Shown in pieces: positions 1-11,220 of a stretch of 64,000 bases of DNA. The stretch lies in NCBI GenBank assembly GCA_965240325.2, contig OZ251247.1, forward strand, positions 1-64,000. The letters are read 5' to 3'. The translations under genes were made by a program, and so were the position numbers. Source of the stretch: Rebecca billardiae RCC1528 (Eukaryota; Protista; Haptophyta). The notes under the pieces were generated by a model that saw nothing but the letters and a program-made list of their open reading frames with translations, made no database searches and was not told the DNA's origin. The stretch's first letter is position 1; each line of letters opens with the position of its first letter.

Positions 1-229
1 ACGCCGGCAGCGCGCGCGCGTGCCCCCGCGCGCGCGCGCGCTCGCGCAGCGCGCGCTCGACCGCCGAGCACCCGCCGGGCGGCGCGGCGTGGAAGAGGCG
101 CGCGGTGGCGTTCAGGCTGGTGAGGTCGCGCGGCGGCAGGAGCGAGATGACGCGGTCGAGCACCTCTGACGGCAGGTCGACGAGCGCGCGCGTCGGTTGC
201 GCGGCGCCGCCCATCTCGTCGGTGGCCAT
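1..229 (-). CDS. F-box (RCC1-repeat family) gene, 5' part only; runs off the window (copy 0)
   Basis: Manual translation from ATG at 229 gives MATDEMGGAAQPTRALVDLPSEVLDRVISLLPPRDLTSLNATARLFHAAPPGGCSAVERALRERARARGHARALPA. This is the same F-box and linker as the ten full copies, with a different N-terminal leader. Confidence 0.85.
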   Translation of the reverse strand, partial: MATDEMGGAAQPTRALVDLPSEVLDRVISLLPPRDLTSLNATARLFHAAPPGGCSAVERALRERARARGHARALPA

Positions 230-272
230 CCCGCCGTTCGCGCTGCTCGCGCCCGGGGCCGATGATTGTGTG

Positions 273-2037
273 CAATACAGTGACGGTATGTTTGACTCGC
301 GTGAAGCCGGCATAGGTGGGTGCGGCCGCCCGGCGAAGCCGCACGAAGCCGGTGAAGCGGGCGCGCGGTGGCCACGGTCGCGGCGATCCGCGCAGTCTAG
401 CGGGTGGCGAGGCGACAGTGGGCGCGTCCCAGTCGGTCGCCGACGTGCCGCGCCCTGCCGACCAGCCGCCTTGACGCGATGGCCCGCCGACCCCCGGCGT
501 CCGCCTGGGCCACGTGCACGCGGCGATTTGAATGAGGCGCGCGCTGCCGGCTGGCAAGGAATTCGACGAGGGCGAGGACGAGGGTGATGAGGAATGGATG
601 GCCGTAGACACTGTGAGCGCTGGCCTCTCTGCTGACTCCACAGCGCCGCACGCGCACACGTGCAAGCACCCGTCTGGTGCGCCTCTGCATGGCAGAAGGC
701 GGATCGTCCGTGGTGAAGTGATCCGGAGATCCCTGGCGTTGAGTCGCCCCCTTCGGCGGAGGCAAGTTGGCGATGAGTGTGTGCCGACCCGTGCTTCGCC
801 GCGGACCCGTCCGCGTGTGGCCCCGCGACGTGCGGTCTCGCTGCGCCCCCGCCCAGCATTGCTTGGTGCAGGGCTACCTGGCCGCACACTCGTCAGCAAC
901 AGGCTGACGCGGCGACCTGCGGCTCCAAATGGCAGCAGCGGCGGGGTGCTGGTGGAAGAGCGCCATGCCTTACATAGCCACGGTGTGCGGTCGGCAGGTG
1001 CCATCGCCAGTGACCGCCGAGCGGCGACGGCTGAGCTGAGCTGCATGGCGACTGCGGAGCCCGCCGAGCGTCGAGCCGCGCGCCGCGCCCGGTCGCCCGA
1101 ATCGGCGGAGGGCAATCGCGTGGACGGAGTCGGCAGCCTCAGGCAGCCTGCTCGGTTGGTCCGCTCACCCCGCTGCCGCCAGCAAGGAGACTATGCGCTT
1201 AGGCTACCGCACATGAGACAGTATACGTATGATCGTCGCCGTGCGGTGAATCTCTGGCTGCCCGCGCGCGCAGCGGTCCGCATGCACGGTGGGTGGGCTG
1301 ATCTGTGATCATCAAGGTCACAGATTCCGCCCGCCGATGTTGCTCAATGGCGGCTGACCGTGGGGGTGACTGTGGAGCTGGGGGTGGGAGGTGGGGCATG
1401 ACGCTCTCCTACTCTTGCCGCAAGGTCCCTCGCGGTCGTCCCGCGCAGCGATTCCCGCACTCGCCCCTCGCCGTCATCACGCGCCCTCAGCGGCGCGCCG
1501 CTGCGCGGCGGCGCGCCCAACCCAGCCGGGCGGGGCACGCGCTCGCGTTTGCTCCCACCTCGCCCTCGAGACGAGCGCGGGCGGCGGGGCTCCTCCTCCT
1601 CCTCCTCTTCCTCCTCCTCTTGCGCGCGCCGGCGCCGGCGGGGCGGCTCCTCCTCCTCCTCCTCCTCCTCCTCATCCTCGCCGGCGCCGCGGCCGCCGGC
1701 AGCGGCGGCGCCGCTGGCGCCGCCGCTGGAGAGGGGCCGCCGAGGGCCAAGAGGGGCGGGAGGGGCGGCAAGGAGCGCGGCCTGGAATGACCTGCGCGAG
1801 CACGGGTGTCGCCGTCGCCGATGGCGACGGCTGTCGCCGGCTGTCGCCGATGGCGACGGCGCCGGCGCGAATGGCAGCACGGACGGTCGCGGGCGCGTCG
1901 TCCATGCTGGCTTCAGCGCGGCTTCAGCCCGCTTCAGCGGGCTTCAGCGGGCGTGAAGCCGCGCTGAAGCCGCACTGCGCGTCGCTTCAACATTGTGCTG
2001 TATTGTTGCCCCAAACCGTATCTGGCTTCACCCTCTA
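273..2037. mobile_element. Possible degenerate DNA transposon with subterminal GAAGCC repeats
   Basis: GAAGCC/GAAGCG clusters at about 300-360 face GGCTTC/GCTTCA clusters at about 1908-2030. CAATACAG (273) and CTGTATTG (1998) are inverted. The interior is low-complexity (GAG runs). No clean TIR or TSD was found, so the ends are approximate. Confidence 0.3.
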
Positions 2038-2158
2038 CTAGTAATAGAACGTATACAGTCAGGTTGGTTGTCGAGCGAGGTCGGGTCCGGTAACGAGTCT
2101 AGTTGCTGACTCCGATACCATGTTCAATGTTAGACTGAAGAAGAAGCGTGGGTGCTCC

Positions 2159-3892
2159 CTACCGCGCGTGTGGGCGATACGGGTCCACCGGAAGCGACCA
2201 GGCGGGGCTAGGACCACCCCGAAGGGGCGAGGCGGACGGTGTCACATCATCGGATGATGGGTCCGAGGCAGCCCCAAACTCCCAGGGAGTTTGGGGCTCC
2301 GCCGGACTGGCCGAGAAAGTGCCGGATCGTGCCTCCGCCGGTACGTACGGGGTCGGGTAGATGCGGCGGAAACTTACCCGCGACTCCTGTGGAACGGTGT
2401 CTCCGAGGACTGGTGCCCAGACTGACAACACGCACCAGCTGACACGAGCACGCCACGCCGCCTCGACGCACGTGGGCGTGGCAATCCGCTGGGTGGGCTC
2501 GTCTTGCTCGGCCGCGCTCATGCCGAGGCCGAGCGCAGCCGAGCGCTCACCGCACGCGTACACGCTGCCGTCCGCACTCACAAAGAGCGAGTGGAAGTCG
2601 CCCATGGCACAGCGCACCACGCGCGCTTGGGCGAGCGCGCCAGCACGCGCGGGCAGCGACCATTCGCCAGCGCCATCTTGCCCTAGCTGGCCGTACGCGT
2701 TGTCCCCAAACGTGTGCACGCTGCCGTCTGCGCCCAGCACCGCGCTGCTGAGTACGCCAGCGCGCGCGTGCACGATGCGCACAGCGGCGAGGGCGTCAAG
2801 CCGCCTCGGCGTGCGCTGCTCGTGCGTGTCGCCGTGCCCCAGCCTGCCCTCCCCGCCGTGCCCAAACGAGTATACCGCCCCCTCGCTGTCCACCACCAGG
2901 CTGTGCCAGCGACCCGCGCTCACGTGCACGGCGCGCACGCCCGCGAGCGCCTCGATGCGCCTCGGCGTGTGCTGAACCTGCTTGTCGCCGTTGCCCAGCG
3001 TGCCGTGGTCGCCATTGCCACACGAGTAGACGGCACCGCGCGCAGATAGGAACAGCGTGTGAGCATACGCACCGGCCACTCCGGCAACGCGCACGCCGCC
3101 CAGCGCCTCGATGCGCGTCGGCTCCCACCGGTCCTTCGTGTCGCCGTGGCCGAGCTGGCCGTCTAAGTTGCGGCCCCAGCTGTATGCGCAGCCCGCGGCG
3201 GTGAGCGCCAGGCTGTGGTCGTTGCCGGCCGAGATGCCCACGACCACGGCGTCGGCCAGCGCAACGACCGGAGCGAACGAGAACCGCATCTCCTTGTCGC
3301 CCAGCCCGAGATGGCCGTGGTCGTTGTAGCCGCAGCCGTACACGGCGCCGGCATCGCTCAGCGCGAGCAGGTGGCCATACCCAGCGGCCACCGCGACCAC
3401 GCGCACTGCGCTGACGGAGGCGACGCGCGTCGGCACGCACACTTCCAGCACGCCCGACTGGCCAGTAGCCACGTGTGCTCGATACTTAACCCTCGGCCCG
3501 TCCTCGTCCCACCCCAGCTGCTCGCCGCACGTGTGCAGCCCGCCCTCCGCGTCCACAAACGCGCTGAAGTCCTGGCCGGCCGCAACCGAGGATGCGTGCG
3601 CGCATGCGAGCTCGAGGACACACTCGCGCACGAACAGCTCCTCTGTCCACGTGCGCACGCCCGAGGGCAGCGCCGCCGGCAGCGTGCGCTCGTGCCCACG
3701 CGCGCGCGCGCGCTCGCGCAGCGCGCGCTCGACTGGCGAGCACCCGCCGGGCGGCGCGGCGTGGAGGAGGCGCGCGGTGGCGTTCAGGCTGGCGAGGTCG
3801 CGCGGCGGCAGGAGTGAGAGGATGCGGTCAAGCACCTCTGACGGCAGGTCGTCGAGCGCGAGGGGCGGCGTGCGCGTCCGTGCCGTGGCCAT
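2159..3892 (-). CDS. F-box + 7x RCC1-repeat protein, copy 1 (type A leader, extended C-terminus, ~577 aa)
   Basis: The ATG of MATART is shared by all full copies. F-box motif LDDLPSEVLDRILSLLPPRDLASL, then seven RCC1 repeats (xAGxxHS/T...G.VYxxG.N..GQLG.GD). It reads through the position where the other copies stop (TGG instead of TGA). Confidence 0.9.
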   Translation of the reverse strand: MATARTRTPPLALDDLPSEVLDRILSLLPPRDLASLNATARLLHAAPPGGCSPVERALRERARARGHERTLPAALPSGVRTWTEELFVRECVLELACAHASSVAAGQDFSAFVDAEGGLHTCGEQLGWDEDGPRVKYRAHVATGQSGVLEVCVPTRVASVSAVRVVAVAAGYGHLLALSDAGAVYGCGYNDHGHLGLGDKEMRFSFAPVVALADAVVVGISAGNDHSLALTAAGCAYSWGRNLDGQLGHGDTKDRWEPTRIEALGGVRVAGVAGAYAHTLFLSARGAVYSCGNGDHGTLGNGDKQVQHTPRRIEALAGVRAVHVSAGRWHSLVVDSEGAVYSFGHGGEGRLGHGDTHEQRTPRRLDALAAVRIVHARAGVLSSAVLGADGSVHTFGDNAYGQLGQDGAGEWSLPARAGALAQARVVRCAMGDFHSLFVSADGSVYACGERSAALGLGMSAAEQDEPTQRIATPTCVEAAWRARVSWCVLSVWAPVLGDTVPQESRVSFRRIYPTPYVPAEARSGTFSASPAEPQTPWEFGAASDPSSDDVTPSASPLRGGPSPAWSLPVDPYRPHAR

Positions 3893-4796
3893 CGAGCCGA
3901 GCGCGAGAGAAGACGAGGGGAAGGGCCGAGCGGAGGGCGGTGCGCTGCGGAGGACAGAGCCTGGACAGTCCGACAGTGGCAAACCGTCTCCAGTCACAGC
4001 GAGGGTGCTGAGCTGCGTCAGCTCCTGGCCACTGCCAGCAAGGTGAAGGTTGGTACTGTCACTTGTCAGTTCCTGCTGACGCCGGCTGACTACGCGCATT
4101 GATGCCGCATGTCACTGCTACTGCGCTCGTCTGCGACTTGTGAGCAGTGTCCGGCGCAGTTGATCACTGGCGGGCCGGTCGTGAACACCGTTGGTAACAC
4201 GGGGACGGCGTCCGCGGCAGAGCAGACCGGCCGCGCCTGAGTCGTCACCACTGCATCGGACTGAGTCAGCACTAGCCGACTAGGCCTAGCAGTGACGCGA
4301 GACGACCCGGATGATGAATGACGCCTGCATAGTGCATGGCTGGCTCTGGCCGACACCAGCTCGGCTGCTCACGGCACGCAGTCGGCACTGCGGCCGCGAC
4401 TCCGACGGCCGCCGGACAGCGCTGCTCAGAGTGCACGTACACGCCGCACTGCGCATCGGACCCGGCAGTCCGGACTCGGCGCCTGCAGGCAGGACTCAGC
4501 CGCGCGGCGCACGTGCCGTCGCGCCGGCTAGCCCACCGCCCCCCCTCCCACCCGCCCCCCGCCGGCAGGGCCCAGGGCGGCACGCGCGGCTTTCGTGCCG
4601 CAGCCCTCACCGCCCGGAGACGCGCGCTGTTGCCCCCTCCGCTGCCCGTGCCGTGCGCACCCGTGCCGCGCCCAGTGCGCCTGGCATGCAGCAGCACCTC
4701 CCCTCCTCCCCCCCCCGCACACCTCCACACTCCCCGCCGCAGGCAGGCCCGCAGCTGCTCCGGCTGCCTGCCCTCGCCCCTCGGAGGCAGGCGGCG

Positions 4797-6257
4797 TCAG
4801 CAGACGCGCGCACGCCACGCCGTCTCGACGCACGTGGGCGTGTCAATCCACCAGGTGGGCTCGTCTTGCTCGGCCTCGCTCATGCCGAGGCCGAGCGCAG
4901 CCGAGCGCTTGCCGCACGAGTGCACGCTGCCGTCCGCACTCACAAACAGCGAGTGGGAGTGGCCCATGGCACAGTGCACCACGCGCACGTGGGCGAGGGC
5001 ACTTACGCGCGTGGGCAGCGGCGATTCGCCAAGGCCATCGTGCCCCAGCTGGCTGTCCTTGTTGTCCCCGAACGTGTGCACACTGCCGTCCGCGCCCAGC
5101 ACCGCGCTGCTGAGTGCGCCAGCACGGGCGCTGACCGCGCGCACGCCCGCCAAGGCCTCTATGCGCTTGGGCGACAGAGACCACGCCCGGTCACCATGGC
5201 AGGGGCAGCCTCCGTACCCCTCTCCAAACCAGCGCACGCCACCCTCCGCGTCCACCACCAGGCTTTGCATGCGGCCCGCGCTCACGTGCACGGCGCGCAC
5301 GCCCGCTAGCGCCTCGATGCGCCTCGGCGTGTGCTGATCCTGATAGTTGCCGTGGCCGAGCTGGCCTTGGAAGCCGTAACCGCACGAGTAGACGGCGCCA
5401 TGCGCAGAGAGCAGTAACGTGTGGTCACCACCCGCGGCCACGCCACCCACGCGCACGCCGTCCAGCGCCTCGATGCGCCTCGGCGTGAGCTGAGCCTGCC
5501 TGTCGCAGTGGCCAAGACGGCCGCAGCCGTTGGCGCCCCAGCTGTACGCGCAGCCCGCGGCGGTGAGCGCGAGGCTGTGGTAGCCGCCCGCGGCGATCGC
5601 GACGACGAGCTCACTCGCGGGTAGCTTGACGAGCGCGAATGAGCGCCGCTCCTCCGAGTCCCCCAGCCCCAGCTGGCCGAAGTCGTTGCCGCCGCAGCCG
5701 TACACCGTCCCAGCATCGCTCAGCGCGAGCAGGTGCCAGCTGCCAGCGGCCACGGCGACCACGCGCACACCGCTGAGGGAGGCGACGTGCGTCGGCACAC
5801 GCACGGCCGGCGCATCGTGGTGGCCGGCTGCAAAGTGCGCTCGATACTCCCCCGTTCCGTTCCCGCGCTCGTCCAGCACCTCCTCCTCGCCGCACGTGTG
5901 CAGCCCGCCCTCCGCGTCCACAAACGCGCTGAAACGGAGGCCGGCCGCCACGGGAGATGCGTGCGCGCATGCGAGCGCGAGCACACGCTCGCGCACGATC
6001 AGCTCCTCCGTCCACGTGCGCACGCCCGAGGGCAGCGCCGCCGGCAGCGTGCGCTCGTGCCCCCGCGCGCGTGCACGCTCGCGCAGCGCGCGCTCGACCG
6101 CCGAGCGCCCGCCGGGCGGCGCGGCGTGGAAGACGCGCGCGGTGGCGTTCAGGCTGGCGAGATCGCGCAGCCGCAGGAGTGACGTGATGCGGTCGAGCAC
6201 CTCTGACGGCAGGTCGTCGAACCCGGGGCGCGGTGCGTGCGTCCGTGCCGTGGCCAT
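4797..6257 (-). CDS. F-box + 7x RCC1-repeat protein, copy 2 (type B leader, ~486 aa)
   Basis: MATARTHAPRPGFDDLPSEVLDRITSLL, seven RCC1 repeats, ends AWRARVC*. Intact and intronless. Confidence 0.93.
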   Translation of the reverse strand: MATARTHAPRPGFDDLPSEVLDRITSLLRLRDLASLNATARVFHAAPPGGRSAVERALRERARARGHERTLPAALPSGVRTWTEELIVRERVLALACAHASPVAAGLRFSAFVDAEGGLHTCGEEEVLDERGNGTGEYRAHFAAGHHDAPAVRVPTHVASLSGVRVVAVAAGSWHLLALSDAGTVYGCGGNDFGQLGLGDSEERRSFALVKLPASELVVAIAAGGYHSLALTAAGCAYSWGANGCGRLGHCDRQAQLTPRRIEALDGVRVGGVAAGGDHTLLLSAHGAVYSCGYGFQGQLGHGNYQDQHTPRRIEALAGVRAVHVSAGRMQSLVVDAEGGVRWFGEGYGGCPCHGDRAWSLSPKRIEALAGVRAVSARAGALSSAVLGADGSVHTFGDNKDSQLGHDGLGESPLPTRVSALAHVRVVHCAMGHSHSLFVSADGSVHSCGKRSAALGLGMSEAEQDEPTWWIDTPTCVETAWRARVC

Positions 6258-7343
6258 CGAGTCGAGCGCGAGAGAGGAGGAGGGCTGCCGATGCGTTGAG
6301 GTGAGGAACCGGCAGGGGGGTGGACAGGGCAAGACAGGGCACCCGGCCTGTCTGGTACTCTGCTCCGGACTGCGCCGCCATCGTTACTCGGCGGGCACGG
6401 CCCTCCAGTCCTGGCCTGGCTGGCACGTACCCAGCCGCACGCCTTGGCGTCCGGACTCCTGGCCTCCTCCGGTCCTGGCCACTGTCAGCATCCTGCTGAC
6501 GCCAGCTGACGACTACGCGCATTGACGACGATATGAACCGCATATCAAGTGCTGCTGCTATATACTGTCGTCGCTGCGTCGCCTGTGACTTATTGTATAT
6601 AAGGCAGCGAGTCCGGCCGCCGGCGGCGCGGTCATTCTCGCGGTCGCGGATCCGCCGCACTCGGAGTGGCCACCGCGTGTCCGTGACTCAGCGCGGGCCG
6701 TCCCGTGTGAATTCGCCGGCGGCCTACTACGCACCGTTGGTAACACGGGGACGGCGTCGGCGGCACGGAGCAGACAGGCCGCCGCCTGAACTGCTCGTCG
6801 CCACTGATATGTCTGAATCTGATGAGCCCGGACTCCCGGATGACTGTGACGCGACGCCTGCATAGCCATAGTGCATAATGGCTGCGGCCGTCTGCGGACC
6901 GATACCCGCCGTAGGCTGCTCACGGCACGCAATCGGCACTGCGGCCGCGACTCCGGCGGCCGCCGGGCAACGCTGCTCAGAGTGCACGTACACGCCGCAC
7001 TGCGCATCGGACTCGGCAGTCCGGACTCGGCGCCTGCAGGCAGGACTCAGCCGCGCGGCGCACGTGCCGTCGCGCCGGCTAGCCCATCGCCCCCCCTCCC
7101 CCCCGCCCCCCGCCGGCAGGGCCCAGGGCGGCACGCGCGGCTTTCGTGCCGCAGCCCTCACCACCCGGAGACGCGCGCTGTTGCCCCCTCCGCTGCCCGT
7201 GCCGTGCGCACCCGTGCCGCGCCCAGTGCGCCCGGCATGCAGCAGCACCTCCCCCCTCCCCCCGCGCACCCCCACACTCCCCGCCGCAGGCAGGCGCGCA
7301 GCGGCTCCGGCTGCCGGCCCTCGCCCCTCGGAGGCAGGCGGCG

Positions 7344-8789
7344 TCAGCAGACGCGCGCACGCCACGCCGTCTCGACGCACGTGGGCTTGGCAATCCGCTG
7401 GGAGGGCGCGTCTTGCTCGGCCGCGCTCATGCCGAGGCCGAGCGCAGCCGAGCGCTCACCGCACGCGTACACGCTGCCGTCCGCACTCACAAACAGCGAG
7501 TGGGAGTTGCCTATGGCGCAGCGCACCACACGAGCTTGGGCGAGCGCACCCACTCGTGCGGGGGTCTTGGAAGCCGCTTTCCCGCGCCGCCCGAGCTGGC
7601 CGTACCAGTTGCACCCGAACGTGTGCACGCTGCCGTCCGCGCCCACCACCGCGCTGCTGCCCCAACCAGCGCACGCGCGCACGATGCGCACACCGGCGAG
7701 GGCGTCAAGCCGCCTCGGCGTGGGCTGCTTGTGCGTGTCTCCGTGCCCCAGTCTGCCATCCCCGCCGTGCCCAAACGAGTACACCGCCCCGTCGCTGTCC
7801 ACCACCAGGCTGTGCTCCCTGCCCGCGCTCACGCGCACGGCGCGCACGCCCGCGAGCGCCTCGATGCGCCTCGGCGTGCGCTGAGCCTGCCTGTCGCCGT
7901 GACCGTGACGGCCACGGCTACCGTCGCCGCACGAGTAGACGGCGCAATGCGCAGACAGGAACAGCGTGTGAGCACCACCTGCAGCCACCCCGCCCACGCG
8001 CACGCCGTCCAGCGCCTCGATGCGCGTCGGCTCCCACCGCTCCTTCGTGTCGCCGTGGCCGAGCTGGCCGCAGTGGTTGAGGCCCCAGCTGTACGCGCAC
8101 CCAGCGGCGGTGAGCGCGAGGCTGTGCTGATTGCCCGCCGCGATGCCGACGATGAGCTCGCTCGCGGGTAGCATGACGCGTGCGAACGACCGCCACTCCT
8201 CCGTGTCCCCCAGCCCGAGCTGGCCGTACTGGTTGTTGCCGCAGCCGTACACGGCGCCGGCGTCGCTCAGCGCGAGCAGGTGGTCAATGCCAGCCGCCAC
8301 AGCGACCACGCGCACCGCGCTGAGGGAGGCGACGCGCGTCGGTACGCGCACTGCATGCATGCCCGGGTGGCTGATTGCCGCGTGCGCTCGATACGCGCAG
8401 CCGTCCTCGTCCAGCTCCTCGCCGCACGTGTGCAGCCCGCCCTCCGCGTCCACAAACGCGCTGAAGAAACGGCCGGCGGCCACGGGAGGCGAGTGCGCGC
8501 GTGCGAGCTCGAGCACGCGTTCACGCGCGAAGAGCTCCTCCGCCCAGCTGCGCACGCCCGCCGGCAGCGACGCCGGCAGCGCGCGCGCGTGCCCCCGCGC
8601 GCGCGCGCGCTCGCGCAGCGCGCGCTCGACCGCCGAGCACCCGCCGGGCGGCGCGACGTGGAAGAGGCGCGCGGTGGCGTTCAGGCTGGCGAGGTCGGGC
8701 GACAGCAAGCATACGATGATGCGGGCGAGCACTTCCGGGGGCAGGTCGTCAAGCGCGAGGGGCGGCGTGCGCGTCCGTGCCGTGGCCAT
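7344..8789 (-). CDS. F-box + 7x RCC1-repeat protein, copy 3 (type A, ~481 aa)
   Basis: MATARTRTPPLALDDLPPEVLARII, seven RCC1 repeats, ends AWRARVC*. Confidence 0.93.
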   Translation of the reverse strand: MATARTRTPPLALDDLPPEVLARIIVCLLSPDLASLNATARLFHVAPPGGCSAVERALRERARARGHARALPASLPAGVRSWAEELFARERVLELARAHSPPVAAGRFFSAFVDAEGGLHTCGEELDEDGCAYRAHAAISHPGMHAVRVPTRVASLSAVRVVAVAAGIDHLLALSDAGAVYGCGNNQYGQLGLGDTEEWRSFARVMLPASELIVGIAAGNQHSLALTAAGCAYSWGLNHCGQLGHGDTKERWEPTRIEALDGVRVGGVAAGGAHTLFLSAHCAVYSCGDGSRGRHGHGDRQAQRTPRRIEALAGVRAVRVSAGREHSLVVDSDGAVYSFGHGGDGRLGHGDTHKQPTPRRLDALAGVRIVRACAGWGSSAVVGADGSVHTFGCNWYGQLGRRGKAASKTPARVGALAQARVVRCAIGNSHSLFVSADGSVYACGERSAALGLGMSAAEQDAPSQRIAKPTCVETAWRARVC

Positions 8790-9685
8790 CGAGCCGAGCG
8801 CGAGACGACGAGAGGCCGAGCGGAGAGCGGTGCGCTGCGGAGGACAGGGCCTGGCCAGTCCGACAGTGGCAAACCGTCTCCAAGTCACAGCGAGGGTGCT
8901 GACGAGCTGCGTCAGCTCCTGGCCACTGTCAGCAAGGTGAAGGTTGGTACTGTCACTTGTCAGTTCCTGCTGACGCCGGCTGACTACGCGCATTGATGCC
9001 GCGCATATCACTGCTACTGCGCTCGTCTGCGACTTGTGAGCAGTGTCCGGCGCAGTTGATCACTGGCGGGCCGGTCGTGAACACCGTTGGTAACACGGGG
9101 ACGGCGTCCGCGGCAGAGCAGACCGGCCGCGCCTGAGTAGTGAGTCGTCACCACTCGGAGTCTGAGTCAGCACTAGCAGTGACGCGAGACGACCCGGATG
9201 ATGAATGACGCCTGCATATAATAGTGCATGGCTGGCTCTGGCCGACACCAGCTCGGCTGCTCACGGCACGCAGTCGGCACTGCGGCCGCGACTCCGACGG
9301 CCGCCGGGCAGCGCTGCTCAGAGTGCACGTACACGCCGCACTGCGCATCGGACTCGGCAGTCCGGACTAGGCGCCTGCAGGCAGGACTCAGCCGCGCGGC
9401 GCACGTGCCGTCGCGCCGGCTAGCCCACCGCCCCCCCTCCCACCCGCCCCCCGCCGGCAGGGCCCAGAGCGGCAAGCGCGGCTGTCGTGCCGCAGCCCTC
9501 AACACCCGGAGACGCGCGCTGTTGCCCCCTTCGCGGCCCGTGCCGTGCGCACCCGTGCCGCGCCCAGTGCGCCCGGCGTGCAGCAGCACCTCCCCTCCTC
9601 CCCCCGCGCACCCCCACACTCCCCGCTGCAGGCAGGCGCGCAGCGGCTCCGGCTGCCGGCCCTCGCCCCTCGGAGGCAGGCGGCG

Positions 9686-11134
9686 TCAGCAGACGCGCGC
9701 CCGCCACGCCGTCTCGACGCACGTGGGCTTGGCAATCGACGAGCGCTCGGCCAAGCTCATGCCGAGGCCGAGCGCAGCCGAGCGCTTGCCGCACGCGTAC
9801 ACGCTGCCGTCTGCACTCACAAACAGCGAGTGGGCGACGCCCATGGCACAGCGCACCACGCGAGCTTGGGCGAGGACGCCCCGTCGTGTGGGGGTATTGG
9901 GAGCTGCTTTCCTCCGCCGCCCGAGCGGGCCGTGCCCGTTGTCCCCGAACGCGTGCACGCTGCCGTCCGCGCCCAGCACAGCGCTGCTGCGATCGCCAGC
10001 GCACGCGCGCACGATGCGCACACCCGCGATGGTGTCAATCCGCCTCGGTGTGGGCTGCGTGTGCGTGTCTCCGTGCCCCAGCCTGCCATCCGCGCCGTGC
10101 CCAAACGAGTACACCGCCCCGTTGCTGTCCACCACCAGGCTGTGCATATAGCCCGCGCTCACGTGCACGGCGCGCACGCCCGCGAGCGCCTCGATGCGCC
10201 TCGGCGTGAGCTGATCCTCCTCACCGCCGTGGCCGAGCTGGCCCATGTAGCCATGGCCGCACGAGTAGACGGCGCCGTGCGCCGAGAGCAGTAGCGTGTG
10301 GAATGCGCCCGCGGCGACGCCGCCCACGCGCACGCCGTCCAGCGCCTCGATGTGCGTCGGCTCCCACCTGTCCTCCTTGTCGCCGTGGCCGAGCTGGCCG
10401 GAGTGGTTCCAGCCCCAGCTGTACGCGCACCCAACGGCGCTGAGCGCGAGGCTGTGGTAGGTGCCAGCGGCGATGCCCACCACCACGACGCCAGCGAGCG
10501 CCACGATCGGCTCAAACTCGCGCCGCTCCTCCGCGTCCCCCAGCCCCAGCTGGCCCCTGCTGTTGTTGCCGCAGCCGTACACGGCGCCGGCCTCGCTCAG
10601 CGCGAGCAGGTGCTCGCCGGCGGCCACCGCGACCACGCGCACCGCGCTGAGGGAGGTGACGCGCGTCGGCACGCGCACTGCCGGCGCATCGCGGTGGCCG
10701 GTTGCCGCGCGCGCGATATACTCGCCCGTCAGCTTCCTGGTGTCCTCGTCCTCCGCCTTCTCCTCGCCGCACGTGTGCAGCCCGCCCTCCGCGTCCACAA
10801 ACGCGCTGAACTCAGCGCCTGCCGAGACCGGGGATGCGTGCGCGCGTGCGAGCTTGTGAAGGCGCTCGCGCAGGAACAGCGCCTCTGTCCACGTGCGCAC
10901 GCCCGAGGGCAGCGTCGCCGGCAGCGCGCGCTCGTGCCCACGCGCGCGCGCGCGCTCGCGCAGCGCGCGCTCGACTGGCGAGCACCCGCCGGGCGGCGCG
11001 GCGTGGAAGAGGCGCGCGGTGGCGTTCAGGCTGGCGAGATCGCGCAGCCGCAGGAGTGACGTGATGCGGTCGAGCACCTCTGACGGCAGGTCGTCGAACC
11101 CGGGGCGCGGTGCGTGCGTCCGTGCCGTGGCCAT
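9686..11134 (-). CDS. F-box + 7x RCC1-repeat protein, copy 4 (type B, ~482 aa)
   Basis: Same architecture. The RCC1 region is nearly identical to copy 9. Confidence 0.93.
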   Translation of the reverse strand: MATARTHAPRPGFDDLPSEVLDRITSLLRLRDLASLNATARLFHAAPPGGCSPVERALRERARARGHERALPATLPSGVRTWTEALFLRERLHKLARAHASPVSAGAEFSAFVDAEGGLHTCGEEKAEDEDTRKLTGEYIARAATGHRDAPAVRVPTRVTSLSAVRVVAVAAGEHLLALSEAGAVYGCGNNSRGQLGLGDAEERREFEPIVALAGVVVVGIAAGTYHSLALSAVGCAYSWGWNHSGQLGHGDKEDRWEPTHIEALDGVRVGGVAAGAFHTLLLSAHGAVYSCGHGYMGQLGHGGEEDQLTPRRIEALAGVRAVHVSAGYMHSLVVDSNGAVYSFGHGADGRLGHGDTHTQPTPRRIDTIAGVRIVRACAGDRSSAVLGADGSVHAFGDNGHGPLGRRRKAAPNTPTRRGVLAQARVVRCAMGVAHSLFVSADGSVYACGKRSAALGLGMSLAERSSIAKPTCVETAWRARVC

Positions 11135-11220
11135 CGAGTCGAGCGCGAGAGAGGAGGAGGGCCGATGAGTTGAGGTGAGGAACCGGCAGGGGTGGACAGG
11201 GCAAGACAGGGCCAGGGATG

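Noticed and set aside
1344-1880. Glu/Arg-rich ORF (EEEEEEEEPPRRRRR)
   Set aside because: Low-complexity trinucleotide runs with no recognisable domain and a non-ATG start, so it cannot be supported as a gene.
3893-4099. N-terminal extensions of the F-box ORFs given by the ORF track (also copies 2-6, 8, 9)
   Set aside because: They start at non-ATG codons, differ in frame and length between copies and cross TE junctions. Copies 7 and 10 start exactly at the shared MATART ATG.
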